A stretch of 13,059 nucleotides of DNA from Candidatus Rokuibacteriota bacterium. GTDB lineage: Bacteria; Methylomirabilota; Methylomirabilia; Rokubacteriales; DASRDR01. The stretch lies in contig JBIOTN010000093.1 of assembly GCA_044866005.1 (NCBI GenBank), positions 1 through 13,059 of the forward strand, given 5' to 3'. Below the pieces are notes generated by a model. The model saw only the letters and a program-made list of their open reading frames with translations, was not told the DNA's origin and did not search any database. Shown here piece by piece: positions 1 to 8,356 of this stretch (positions within the stretch are counted from its first letter, which is position 1; each line of letters starts with the position of its first letter). Position numbers and translations under genes: made by a program.

Positions 1-3
1 GGG

Positions 4-35
4 GGCATCGGGGGGGTCTTCCGAGACCCCCCCGA
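4..35 (-). repeat. Palindromic extragenic repeat (REP-like hairpin), copy 1, just downstream of htpX; may act as terminator or mRNA-stabilising hairpin
   Basis: Perfect 12-bp stem TCGGGGGGGTCT (8-19), loop TCCG, AGACCCCCCCGA (24-35). The reverse complement of 4-35 matches 11335-11367 with one substitution and one insertion. It begins 6 nt after the htpX stop and has no U-tract. Confidence 0.75.
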
Positions 36-41
36 AGGCAG

Positions 42-887
42 CTAGACGCGCATGGCGCGGAGCCTGGCGATCCGCTCTTCGACGGGTGGGTGAGTGGAGA
101 ACAGGGTGAGGATGCTCCGCCCGGCCAGCGGGTTCACGATGAACAGATGCGCCGTCGCCGGATTGGCGTCCATGGGGACGATCTGGCTGGCCTGGTGCAG
201 CTTCGCGAGCGCGGCGGCCAGGCCGTCCGGCCGCCGGGTCAGCCGCGCTCCCGAGGCGTCTGCCTCGTATTCCCGGGCGCGGGAGACGGCCATCTGGATG
301 AGAAGGGCCGCGATCGGTGCGATCACGGCCATGACGATCAAGCCCAGCGGATTCATCCCGCCTTCGTCGTCGTCCCGAGCGCTGCCGAAGATCGCGCCCC
401 ACCGGGCCATGTTGGCGAGCATCATGACGGCGCCGGCGAGCGTCGCCGCGACCGTCGACGTCAGGACGTCCCGGTTCAGCACGTGGGAGAGCTCGTGGGC
501 GAGGACACCTTCCAGCTCCTCTTCGTTCATGATGCGCAGAATCCCGTCGGTCACCGCGACGGCGGCGTGCTGGGGGCTGCGCCCCGTGGCGAAGGCGTTC
601 GGCGCCGGGGAGGAGATGAGATACAGGCGCGGCATCGGGATCCGTGCCTGGGTCGCGAGCTTCCGCACGATGCGGTGGACCACGGGCGCCTGGGCCTCAT
701 CGAGGGGCTCGGCCCCGTACATGGCCAGCACGATCTTGTCGGAAAACCAGTAGGAGGCGAAGTTCATCACCAGGGCGAACACGAAGGCGATCACCATCCC
801 GGACCGCCCGCCGAGGGCGGCGCCGATCGCGAGGAACAGGCCCGTCAGGAGCCCCAGCAACAGCGTCGTCTTGACCATATTGCCCAA
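42..887 (-). CDS. htpX: Zinc metalloprotease HtpX (peptidase M48)
   Basis: 281 aa with two N-terminal TM helices, PNAFATG, HELSH (HExxH), SRAREYEAD and STHPP motifs. TTG start at 887 lies 5 nt after SD AAGGAGG (893-899, minus strand). Confidence 0.96.
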   Translation of the reverse strand: MGNMVKTTLLLGLLTGLFLAIGAALGGRSGMVIAFVFALVMNFASYWFSDKIVLAMYGAEPLDEAQAPVVHRIVRKLATQARIPMPRLYLISSPAPNAFATGRSPQHAAVAVTDGILRIMNEEELEGVLAHELSHVLNRDVLTSTVAATLAGAVMMLANMARWGAIFGSARDDDEGGMNPLGLIVMAVIAPIAALLIQMAVSRAREYEADASGARLTRRPDGLAAALAKLHQASQIVPMDANPATAHLFIVNPLAGRSILTLFSTHPPVEERIARLRAMRV

Positions 888-949
888 CGTCGCCTCCTTA
901 CCGCGCGCGGACAGGGCATTGCCTCGGGCCGCGCGCCTGGTTCACTGTG

Positions 950-978
950 AGACTAGCAAAGCGGTCGGGAAGCGTCAA
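950..978 (-). promoter_or_regulatory. Sigma70-type promoter for htpX
   Basis: Minus strand: TTGACG (978-973), 17-bp spacer, TAGTCT (955-950), preceded by an extended -10 TGn (TGC). Confidence 0.7.
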
Positions 979-1018
979 GGAACCGCGGGGTTCCCGGCTC
1001 CCGGTGGGGCTATTTCCC

Positions 1019-1047
1019 TTGACACGGTCGAACGCGGCCGGTACAAT
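1019..1047 (+). promoter_or_regulatory. Near-consensus sigma70 promoter for the yceD-rpmF-plsX-fab operon
   Basis: TTGACA (1019-1024), exactly 17 bp, TACAAT (1042-1047), within a locally AT-rich intergenic region. Confidence 0.88.
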
Positions 1048-1105
1048 GCGATGGTTTGAGAAACTCCTGATTTTTCCCGTACTTATTCCCGCGCGACGAA
1101 AGGCC

Positions 1106-1618
1106 ATGAGCACGATGATCGTTCGCGTTTCGGAGATCCCCGACGAGGGCCTCCAGGTCGACTCGGTGGCCGAAGTCGGCCCCGTGTTCGCCGAGGAGGG
1201 CTGGACGCTCGACGACGTGGGGCTCATCATCGAGCGCCGCGGCGGCGAGGTGGCCGTCATGGGGGGCTTCCGGGCGACCGCCCGGCTCCAGTGCAGCCGC
1301 TGTGTCGAGCCGCTCGTGAGTCGCGTCGCGCCGGACGTCGATCTCCACCTCCTGCCGGTGCCGAGCCGGCACGAGGAGGTGGAGCTGTCCCCCGACGACC
1401 TCGAGCTCGACTTCTACACGGGCGACACGCTCGACGTCGGGGGCCTGGTCCGGAGCGAGGCGCACCTGGCGCTGCCCATGAAGCCGCTCTGCCGCCCCGA
1501 CTGCCGCGGGCTCTGTCCCGTCTGCGGCGGGAACCGGAACCTGGCCGCCTGCGGCTGCGAGGTACGGAGCGCGGACCCGCGCCTCGCCCCTCTCGAGGCG
1601 TTGCGCCGCCGGCTATAG
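1106..1618 (+). CDS. yceD: DUF177/YceD family metal-binding protein (linked to large-subunit rRNA accumulation)
   Basis: CSRC and LPMKPLCRPDCRGLCPVCG motifs, C-terminal DPRLAPL, and the canonical position upstream of rpmF. Start is ATG 1106 or ATG 1115; the ORF-track start at 947 lies upstream of the promoter. Confidence 0.92.
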   Translation: MSTMIVRVSEIPDEGLQVDSVAEVGPVFAEEGWTLDDVGLIIERRGGEVAVMGGFRATARLQCSRCVEPLVSRVAPDVDLHLLPVPSRHEEVELSPDDLELDFYTGDTLDVGGLVRSEAHLALPMKPLCRPDCRGLCPVCGGNRNLAACGCEVRSADPRLAPLEALRRRL

Positions 1619-1626
1619 GAGAGCCC

Positions 1627-1809
1627 ATGCCGCTGCCGAAGCGTCGCCACTCACGCACGCGCGGACGCAAGCGTCGCACCCACTACAAGCTCACCAGCCC
1701 TACCCTCTCCACGTGCCCACAGTGCCGCGAGGCGAAGCCGCCGCACCGGGTATGCCCCCACTGCGGTTACTACAAGGGGCGGGAGATCCTCTCCGTCGAG
1801 GGCACGTAG
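1627..1809 (+). CDS. rpmF: 50S ribosomal protein L32 (zinc-ribbon, C+ form)
   Basis: 60 aa, MPLPKRRHSRTRGRKRRTH...CPQC...PHRVCPHCGYYKGRE. An SD-like AGGAG overlaps the yceD stop. Confidence 0.97.
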   Translation: MPLPKRRHSRTRGRKRRTHYKLTSPTLSTCPQCREAKPPHRVCPHCGYYKGREILSVEGT

Positions 1810-1828
1810 TGCCCGATTCAGGCCGCGT

Positions 1829-1973
1829 CGCGGCGGACTTTCAACTGGGTCGCCGCGCGAGGTCACGGCGATAGCGCCCACACATCACCGCCTGCCGCCG
1901 GCCGGAGCGCTTCGAGCGCGGGCTTGGCCCGCGCAGGCGAAGGGGACAGGCTCGGAGGGGGGCGACCCGCCCC
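1829..1973. repeat. Cluster of GC-rich inverted repeats in the rpmF-plsX spacer, including a degenerate relative of the REP-like element
   Basis: Stems: CGCGGCG(1829-1835)/CGCCGCG(1851-1857), CGCCTGC(1889-1895)/GCAGGCG(1933-1939), GCGCGGGC(1916-1923)/GCCCGCGC(1927-1934), GGGGCG(1959-1964)/CGCCCC(1968-1973). CTCGGAGGGGG (1951-1961) is identical to 11334-11344. Confidence 0.5.
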
Positions 1974-1986
1974 GCGGACGCACCCG

Positions 1987-3054
1987 ATGAGAATCGCCGT
2001 CGACGCGATGGGCGGGGACATGGGCCCGCCGGTGACGGTCGAGGGCGCCGTGGCGGCGGCGCGCGAGTACCGGCTCGGCGTCACGCTGGTCGGCGACAAG
2101 CCGGCGCTCGATCGCGAGCTCAGCCGGCACGGGGCGAAGGACCTCCCCATCCTCGTCCGGCACGCGTCCCAGGTAATCGCCATGGACGAGCCCCCCTCCC
2201 AGGCCCTGCGACGCAAGCGCGACTCCTCGCTCCGCGTGGCGGCGGAGCTGGTGCGGGACGGCGAGGCGGCCGCGTTCATCTCCGCCGGGAACACCGGCGC
2301 GGCGATGGCCATCGCCATGTTCACGCTGGGGGTCCTGCCGGGCGTCGACCGACCCGCCATCGCCGTGGTGCTGCCGAACCTCAAGGCGCGGACCATCCTC
2401 CTCGACGTCGGGGCGAACGTGGACCCCAAGCCGCGCCACCTCGTGCAGTACGCGCTGATGGGCCACGTCTACGCCCGCGACATCCTGGGGATCCCGGCGC
2501 CGCGCATCGGGCTCCTGTCGGTGGGTGAGGAAGAGGGGAAGGGCAACGAGCTGGTCCGCGAGGTGTTCAAGACGCTGGAGGGGATGCCGCTGAACTTCGC
2601 GGGCAACGTGGAGGGTCGCGACATCTACAACGGGACCGTGGACGTCGTCGTGGCGGACGGCTTCACCGGCAACGTCGCGCTCAAGATCTCCGAGGGGCTG
2701 GCCGACATGATCATCCACCTCATCCGGGAGGAGCTCACCCGGACGCCCCTGGCCAAGCTGGGCGCGCTGCTCATCCGGCCGGCCTTCCGGCGTTTCTGGA
2801 AGCGCGTGGATTACACGGAGTTCGGCGGCGCGCCGCTCCTCGGGATCAACGGCGCGTGCATCATCAGTCACGGCGCCTCCCCGCCGCGCGCGGTCCAGAA
2901 CGCGATCCGCGTCGCCGCCGAGTGGGTGAGGCTGGACGTCAATGCGCACATCCGCGCGGCGCTCGCGGGCGAGCTGGGGCAGTCGCTGGCCGAGCCGCGG
3001 CGACCTCGCGCGGACGATCACCAGAGCCAGTCGGCCGGACCACGCACGTCTTGA
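1987..3054 (+). CDS. plsX: Phosphate acyltransferase PlsX
   Basis: Begins with the family N-terminus MRIAVDAMGGD. Contains SAGNTGA, DRPAIA, LLDVGAN, DGFTGNVALK and GGAPLLG...SHG. Gene context is consistent. Confidence 0.96.
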   Translation: MRIAVDAMGGDMGPPVTVEGAVAAAREYRLGVTLVGDKPALDRELSRHGAKDLPILVRHASQVIAMDEPPSQALRRKRDSSLRVAAELVRDGEAAAFISAGNTGAAMAIAMFTLGVLPGVDRPAIAVVLPNLKARTILLDVGANVDPKPRHLVQYALMGHVYARDILGIPAPRIGLLSVGEEEGKGNELVREVFKTLEGMPLNFAGNVEGRDIYNGTVDVVVADGFTGNVALKISEGLADMIIHLIREELTRTPLAKLGALLIRPAFRRFWKRVDYTEFGGAPLLGINGACIISHGASPPRAVQNAIRVAAEWVRLDVNAHIRAALAGELGQSLAEPRRPRADDHQSQSAGPRTS

Positions 3055-3070
3055 GGGGCGCGCCAGCGCG

Positions 3071-4024
3071 ATGACGGGTGACCGCCGGCTCGCCTTTTGC
3101 TTTCCGGGCCAGGGCTCTCAGGCGGTGGGCATGGGACGCGCCTTCCACGAGCTGTCGCCGGCCGCCCGGGCCGTCTTCGAGGAGGCCAGCGACGTCCTCG
3201 ACCTCGACGTGGCCAAGCTCTGCTTCGAGGGCCCGGAGCAGGCGCTCGAGCTCACCGCCAACACCCAGCCCGCCATCCTCACGGTCAGCGTCGCGGTCGC
3301 GGCGGTGCTGGCCGGGCGAGGGCTCGCCCCCGCCATCCTCGCCGGACACAGCCTGGGCGAGTACGCCGCGCTGGTCGTCGCCGGGGCCCTCCCGTTCCGC
3401 GACGGACTGCGCGTGGTCCGGCAGCGGGGTGAGCTCATGCAGCAGGCGGTCCCGCCGGGGACCGGCGCGATGGCGGCGATCCTCGGGCTCGAGCTCGTCG
3501 TGGTCGAGGAGGTCTGCCGGGAGGCAGCCGGCGCCGAGGTCGTGGAGGTGGCCAACGTCAACTCGCCGCTCCAGATCGTCGTCGCGGGCCACCGCCCCGC
3601 GGTAGAGCGGGCCGTCATCCTCGCCGCCCGGCGGGGCGCGAAGCGGAGCGTGCGGCTCCCGGTGAGCGCGCCGTTCCACTGTCGCCTCATGGCACCGGCC
3701 GCCGAGCGGCTGGCCGCCGTGCTCGACACGGTCTCGCCCGCCGCGCCGCGCGTGCCCGTGGTCCGCAACGTGGACGCCGGGCTCACGACGGAGCCCGGCG
3801 ACGTCCGGCCGTTCCTCGTGCGGCAGGTGACGGCGCCGGTGCGGTGGACCGACTGCGTCCGGCGCATGGCCGCGGAGGGCGTGGCGGCCTTCCTCGAGGT
3901 CGGGCCCGGACGCGTGCTGACCGACCTCCTGCGGCGGATCGACGCCACCCTCACCGGATTCGCCGTCGAAGATCCCCCGGGCCTGGAGAAGGCGCTGGCG
4001 GGGCTGGGAGGCGGCCATGGGTGA
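3071..4024 (+). CDS. fabD: Malonyl-CoA:ACP transacylase
   Basis: FPGQGSQ, TQPAI, catalytic GHSLGE, VSAPFH, PVRW and EVGPG motifs. ATG 3071 follows GAGGGG. Confidence 0.96.
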   Translation: MTGDRRLAFCFPGQGSQAVGMGRAFHELSPAARAVFEEASDVLDLDVAKLCFEGPEQALELTANTQPAILTVSVAVAAVLAGRGLAPAILAGHSLGEYAALVVAGALPFRDGLRVVRQRGELMQQAVPPGTGAMAAILGLELVVVEEVCREAAGAEVVEVANVNSPLQIVVAGHRPAVERAVILAARRGAKRSVRLPVSAPFHCRLMAPAAERLAAVLDTVSPAAPRVPVVRNVDAGLTTEPGDVRPFLVRQVTAPVRWTDCVRRMAAEGVAAFLEVGPGRVLTDLLRRIDATLTGFAVEDPPGLEKALAGLGGGHG

Positions 4025-4760
4025 GGCCGGGCCGCGCGTCGCCGTCGTCACGGGCGGGACCCGCGGTATCGGGCGCGCCGTCGTCCGGGCCCTCGTGGCC
4101 GACGGCTGGGGCGTCGCGCTCAGCGGCCGCGACCGCGAGCGGCTGGACCGGACCGTCCACGAGCTCGAGGAGATGGGCGCCCAGGCGCTCGGGCTGATCG
4201 CCGACGTGGGCCGGGGCGACGACGTCCAGCGGCTCGTCGGTGAGGCGCACCAGCACTTCGGGCGGATCGATCTCCTGGTGAACAACGCCGGAGTCATCCG
4301 GGACGGCCTGCTCATTCGGATGAAGGACGCCGAGTGGGAGGAGGTCATCGCGGTCAACCTGCGGGGCGCGTTCCAGGCGACCCGGGCGGTGGCGCGTATC
4401 ATGATCCGGCAGCGCTCCGGGCGGATCATCAACATCGCCTCCACGGCAGGCGCGATGGGGACCGCGGGTCAGGCCAATTACTCGGCGGCGAAGGCCGGGC
4501 TCATCGGGCTCACGAAGTCGGCCGCGCGCGAGCTGGCGCACTGGGGTATCCTGGTGAACGCCGTCGCGCCCGGCCTCATCGATACGGACATGAGCGCCGC
4601 CCTGTCCGGCGAGACGCGGGAGACGTACATACAGCAGATCCCGTTGAAGCGGACCGGGACGCCGGACGAGGTGGCGGAGGTCGTGCGGTTCCTGGCCTCC
4701 GACGGCGCCTCCTACATCACGGGACAGGTGATCCACGTGAACGGCGGACTGTACATCTGA
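4017..4760 (+). CDS. fabG: 3-oxoacyl-ACP reductase
   Basis: SDR motifs [23 protein letters not shown] (YxxxK) and [12 protein letters not shown]. Overlaps fabD by 8 nt. Confidence 0.95.
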   Translation: MGEAGPRVAVVTGGTRGIGRAVVRALVADGWGVALSGRDRERLDRTVHELEEMGAQALGLIADVGRGDDVQRLVGEAHQHFGRIDLLVNNAGVIRDGLLIRMKDAEWEEVIAVNLRGAFQATRAVARIMIRQRSGRIINIASTAGAMGTAGQANYSAAKAGLIGLTKSAARELAHWGILVNAVAPGLIDTDMSAALSGETRETYIQQIPLKRTGTPDEVAEVVRFLASDGASYITGQVIHVNGGLYI

Positions 4761-4779
4761 GGGAGGAGGGGGCTGGGTC

Positions 4780-5019
4780 ATGACCACGAAGTCCATCGAG
4801 GAGCGGGTGAAGGAGATCATCTGTGAGCAGCTCGGGGTCGAAGAGAACGAGGTGACCCCGAACGCGAAGTTCATCGAGGACCTCGGCGCCGACTCCCTGG
4901 ATACGGTCGAGCTGGTCATGGCGTTCGAAGAGGAGTTCGACCTGGAGATTCCGGACGAGGACGCCGAGAAGATCACGACGGTCGGGGACGCGATCCAGTA
5001 CATCAAGGACAACTCCTGA
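4780..5019 (+). CDS. acpP: Acyl carrier protein
   Basis: 79-aa acidic protein with the [20 protein letters not shown] phosphopantetheine site. SD GGAGG upstream. Confidence 0.98.
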   Translation: MTTKSIEERVKEIICEQLGVEENEVTPNAKFIEDLGADSLDTVELVMAFEEEFDLEIPDEDAEKITTVGDAIQYIKDNS

Positions 5020-5043
5020 ACGGAGGCGGTCGGAAGCGGGGTG

Positions 5044-6300
5044 ATGCGGGTGCACGGCGGCAAGCGGCGGGTGGTGGTGACGGGGGTCGGCGCGGTGACC
5101 CCGCTCGGCAACAGCGCCGAGGAGTTCTGGACCGCGGTCTGTGAGGGCCGCTCGGGCGTCGGTCCGATCACGCACTTCGACCCGGCGCGGATCGACTCCC
5201 GCATCGCGGCCGAGGTGAAGGGCTTCGACCCGCTCCGCTACATCGAGAAAAAAGACGTCAAGAAGATGGACGTGTTCATCCACTTCGCCCTTGCTGCCGG
5301 CGTGGACGCCGTGGAGGACGCGAAGCTGGACTTCGCCCAGGTGGACGCGACGCGGGCGGGCTGCCTGATCGGCTCGGGGATCGGTGGTATCAACACGATC
5401 CTCGACTGGCACAAGGTCATGATGGAGAAGGGCCCCGGGCGCATCTCCCCCTTCTTCATCCCCTCGCTCATCGTCAACATGGCCTCCGGGCACCTCTCCA
5501 TGCGTTACCGGCTGAAGGGGCCGAACTCGTCCGTGATCACGGCCTGCGCGACCGGCAACCACGCCATCGGCGACGCCTTCAAGATCATCCAGCGGGACGA
5601 CGCCGACGTGATGCTCGCGGGCGGGACGGAGGCCATCATCAACGAGCTGTGCGTGGCGGGGTTCTGCTCCATGAAGGCGCTCTCCACCCGGAACGACGAG
5701 CCGCAACGGGCCTCGCGCCCCTTCGACGCCCAGCGCGACGGCTTCGTGGTCGGCGAGGGCGCGGGCGTGGTCGTCCTGGAGAGCCTGGAGCACGCCCGCC
5801 GGCGCGGCGCGCGCATCTACGCCGAGATCGTCGGGTACGGCATGACCGCCGACGCGTACCACATGACCGCCCCCGATCCCGAGGGTGACGGCGCCACACG
5901 GGCGATGGCGGCGGCGCTGCGTGACGCCGGCGTCGAACCCCAGGCCGTCGGCTACATCAATGCGCACGGGACCTCGACCCCGTACAACGACAAGACCGAG
6001 ACCCTGGCCATCAAGCGCGTGTTCGGCGAGCACGCCACGCGGCTCGCGGTGTCCTCGACGAAGTCCATGATCGGCCACCTTCTCGGTGCGGCCGGCGGCG
6101 TGGAAGCGATCGTCACCGCGCTGGCGGTGCACTACGGGATCCTGCCCCCCACGATCAACTACGAGGTGCCCGACCCCGAGTGCGACCTGGATTACGTGCC
6201 GAACGTGGCGCGGCGGGCGGAGGTGGACGTCGCCCTGTCGAACGGCTTCGGGTTCGGCGGGACGAACGCGACGCTGGTCTTCCGCCGCTCACGAGAATAG
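5044..6300 (+). CDS. fabF: Beta-ketoacyl-ACP synthase II
   Basis: RRVVVTG; Cys-His-His triad motifs TACATG, NAHGTST and [18 protein letters not shown]. Start is ambiguous between GTG 5041, ATG 5044 and GTG 5050. Confidence 0.96.
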   Translation: MRVHGGKRRVVVTGVGAVTPLGNSAEEFWTAVCEGRSGVGPITHFDPARIDSRIAAEVKGFDPLRYIEKKDVKKMDVFIHFALAAGVDAVEDAKLDFAQVDATRAGCLIGSGIGGINTILDWHKVMMEKGPGRISPFFIPSLIVNMASGHLSMRYRLKGPNSSVITACATGNHAIGDAFKIIQRDDADVMLAGGTEAIINELCVAGFCSMKALSTRNDEPQRASRPFDAQRDGFVVGEGAGVVVLESLEHARRRGARIYAEIVGYGMTADAYHMTAPDPEGDGATRAMAAALRDAGVEPQAVGYINAHGTSTPYNDKTETLAIKRVFGEHATRLAVSSTKSMIGHLLGAAGGVEAIVTALAVHYGILPPTINYEVPDPECDLDYVPNVARRAEVDVALSNGFGFGGTNATLVFRRSRE

Positions 6301-6320
6301 AGGCACCCCCCGCGGAGGAG

Positions 6321-6803
6321 ATGACTCACGGGGCGGTCGCGGAGCTCGAGGCGCGGCTCGGACACGCCTTCCGGGATCCCGACCTGCTCGAGCGCGCGCT
6401 GACGCATCCCTCCTACGCCCACGAGCACCCGCCCGCCGCGCACAACGAGGCGCTCGCGTTCCTCGGCGACGCCGTGGTCGGCCTGCTGGTGGCGGAGTTC
6501 CTCTTCGCCCGGGCGCCGGAGGAGGAGGTGGGCCCGCTGACGCAGCGGCGGGCGCTCGTGGTCTCGGCGCCGCACCTCGCCGAGTGGGCCGTTCGTCTGG
6601 CGCTGCCGGCCTCCCTCCGCCTCGGCCGCGGCGAGGAGCAGGGCGGTGGCCGGGCCAAGGAGTCGATCCTCGCGACGGCGCTCGAAGCCGTGCTCGGCGC
6701 CGTCTACCTCGACGGGGGCCTGGCCGCGGCGGAGCGGCTCGTCGCCCGCCTCGTCGCCGGGGACGCGAGCCCGGACGAGGGCCCGAGGGGAGGCTGTCAC
6801 TGA
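6321..6803 (+). CDS. RNase III-family nuclease domain protein lacking a dsRBD, with Mini-III-like active-site motifs
   Basis: 160 aa. LGHAFRDPDLLERALTHPSY, NEALAFLGDAVV, LRLGRGEEQGGGRAKESILATALEAVLGAVYLDGG. Occupies the usual rnc position after fabF and stops before any dsRBD. Confidence 0.88.
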   Translation: MTHGAVAELEARLGHAFRDPDLLERALTHPSYAHEHPPAAHNEALAFLGDAVVGLLVAEFLFARAPEEEVGPLTQRRALVVSAPHLAEWAVRLALPASLRLGRGEEQGGGRAKESILATALEAVLGAVYLDGGLAAAERLVARLVAGDASPDEGPRGGCH

Positions 6804-8356
6804 CGACCGCGCCCTCGCCGTCGTGGTCGGCGTCCCGGCTCGCGACCGGGGCCTTGGGCGGCACTCTCTGGCAGCCGCGCGGCTTCTTCCTGCTGCTCGG
6901 CCTCTACAGCCTCGTCCACCTCGTCCTGCGGCTCCTGGTCCCGCCCGTCCTGACGATCGACGACGCCCGGGAGGCGCTCTTCGCGCAGACCTTCGAGTGG
7001 GGCTACCAGGCGCGCCAGCCTCCGTTCTACAACTGGCTCGTCTGGGCGACCGTCCGACTCTTCGGCGTCGGGATCGCCAGCGTGTCCAGCGTCAAGTACG
7101 CCCTGCTGGCCCTCGCCTACGCCTTTCTCTATCTGGGCGCGCGCCGGATCCTGGTCGATCCGCGCCTCGCCGCGCCGGCGGCGTTCTCGCTGCTCCTGAT
7201 GGTCCCCGTGAACTGGGTCGTCCACGAAGCCCTGACCCACAGCATCGCGGTCCTCACCGCCGCCGCCGCCACCGTCTACGCCCTCATCCGCCTGGAAGCC
7301 TCCGGCCGCCCGTGGGCCTATGCCGGCCTCGGCGCCGCCCTGGGGCTCGGCCTCCTGTCGAAGTTCAGCTATGCGCTCTTCGCCTCGGCCCTGCTGCTCG
7401 GCGCGCTGGCCGTGCAGCCGTTCCGCCGGCGGCTCGCGAGCCCGTGGCTCCTGCTGACGGCAGGCGTCGTGGCGCTCCTGCTGCTGCCCTATGGCCTCTG
7501 GTTCTACGGGCACGACTTCTCGCTCACGCGGATCTACGCGGAGGAGGTCGATCCGGGGACGCCGGAGCCGTACCTCGCCGGTATCGCCTCGGCCCTCTAC
7601 TACATCCTCCGGGTGACGTTCTATTACGTGACGCCGCTCTGGATCGTGTTCCTCGTCCTCTTCCCCGGCGCGTGGCGAGCCCCGGCGCCGCTCTCCGGGC
7701 GGGCGCTCGCCGGGCGGCGGCTCCTCGAGCGGTTCTTCCTCGCGGAGCTCGGGCTCCTGGTGGCCGGCGCGGTGTTCGCCGGGGTGACCTATCTGAAATT
7801 CCGGTGGATGATGCCCGCGTTCTTCCTCGTCCCGCTCTACGTCTTCTCGCGGCTCGACGCGCGGGCCGTCGAGACCGGACGGGTGCGCCGCTTCGCCCAG
7901 CTCCTGCTCGTCACGGAGCTCGTCCTGGTGGTCGCGTTCCTCGTGAACGTCTACCGTGGCGACCGCTTCGGCAAGCCCTCGCACCTGACCACGCCCTACG
8001 ACGTCGTGGCCACCCGGCTGGCGGCCGCGGGGTTCCGGACCGGCACGATCGCGGCCGACGAGGGCCCGCTCGCGGGGAACCTCCGGCTCTGGTTTCCCGG
8101 CTCCCGGATCATGCGGGTAGAGAACCCGGACTACGTCCCGCCCCCGCGGGGCGACGGGCAGTGCCTGATCGCCTGGGAGGGGCGCGAGCCCGGGGTGCCG
8201 GCGAAGATGCGCGAGTGGATCGCCGCGACGCTCGGCGTCGCGCTCACGGGGAACGAGCCCGTGCGGCTCATCGAGGAGCCCGTGCACTTCGCCCGCCACC
8301 GCCGCCTCAGCGTGCGCTTCGTGCTGTTCGAGGACGGCGTGGGGCGATGTCGCTGA
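6800..8356 (+). CDS. GT-C fold membrane glycosyltransferase (ArnT/PMT_2-type), resembling Rhizobium RgtA/B/C LPS galacturonosyltransferases
   Basis: Many TM segments. Motifs IDDAREA..Q..EWGY..QPPFYNWL, LTHSIAV, GLLSKFSY and LAGNLRL. Start is uncertain: CTG 6800 (SD GGAGG 6789-6793, CTGA overlap with the upstream stop) or TTG 6854. Confidence 0.8.
   Translation: MTTAPSPSWSASRLATGALGGTLWQPRGFFLLLGLYSLVHLVLRLLVPPVLTIDDAREALFAQTFEWGYQARQPPFYNWLVWATVRLFGVGIASVSSVKYALLALAYAFLYLGARRILVDPRLAAPAAFSLLLMVPVNWVVHEALTHSIAVLTAAAATVYALIRLEASGRPWAYAGLGAALGLGLLSKFSYALFASALLLGALAVQPFRRRLASPWLLLTAGVVALLLLPYGLWFYGHDFSLTRIYAEEVDPGTPEPYLAGIASALYYILRVTFYYVTPLWIVFLVLFPGAWRAPAPLSGRALAGRRLLERFFLAELGLLVAGAVFAGVTYLKFRWMMPAFFLVPLYVFSRLDARAVETGRVRRFAQLLLVTELVLVVAFLVNVYRGDRFGKPSHLTTPYDVVATRLAAAGFRTGTIAADEGPLAGNLRLWFPGSRIMRVENPDYVPPPRGDGQCLIAWEGREPGVPAKMREWIAATLGVALTGNEPVRLIEEPVHFARHRRLSVRFVLFEDGVGRCR

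Noticed and set aside
90..950. Plus-strand ORFs 90..950 and 94..753
   Set aside because: Antisense to the clearly conserved htpX.
1924..1986. TTG start giving a 21-aa N-terminal extension of PlsX
   Set aside because: The PlsX family begins at M-x-IAVDAMGGD, and the extension runs through repeat-like hairpin sequence.
3071..6300. fabD/fabG/ACP/KS plus glycosyltransferases as a type II PKS or aryl-polyene biosynthetic cluster
   Set aside because: It has a single canonical AcpP and FabF, no chain-length factor or dehydratase, and a yceD-rpmF-plsX context. This is primary FAS II.
6086..6799. N-terminal extension of the 756-aa ORF 6086..8356 (apparent fusion or frameshift)
   Set aside because: It overlaps fabF and the RNase III-like gene out of frame and has no protein-like composition.
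6770..6900. Frameshifted dsRBD of RNase III
   Set aside because: None of the three plus-strand frames after the nuclease domain shows a dsRBD start (D-x-K-T/S-x-L-Q-E). The region is occupied by the GT N-terminus.
6646..8346. N-terminal half of the 1189-aa ORF 6646..10215
   Set aside because: Arg/Pro/Gly-rich off-frame translation overlapping the first GT gene. Protein-like sequence starts only at ATG 8347; the open frame reflects stop-codon scarcity at high GC.
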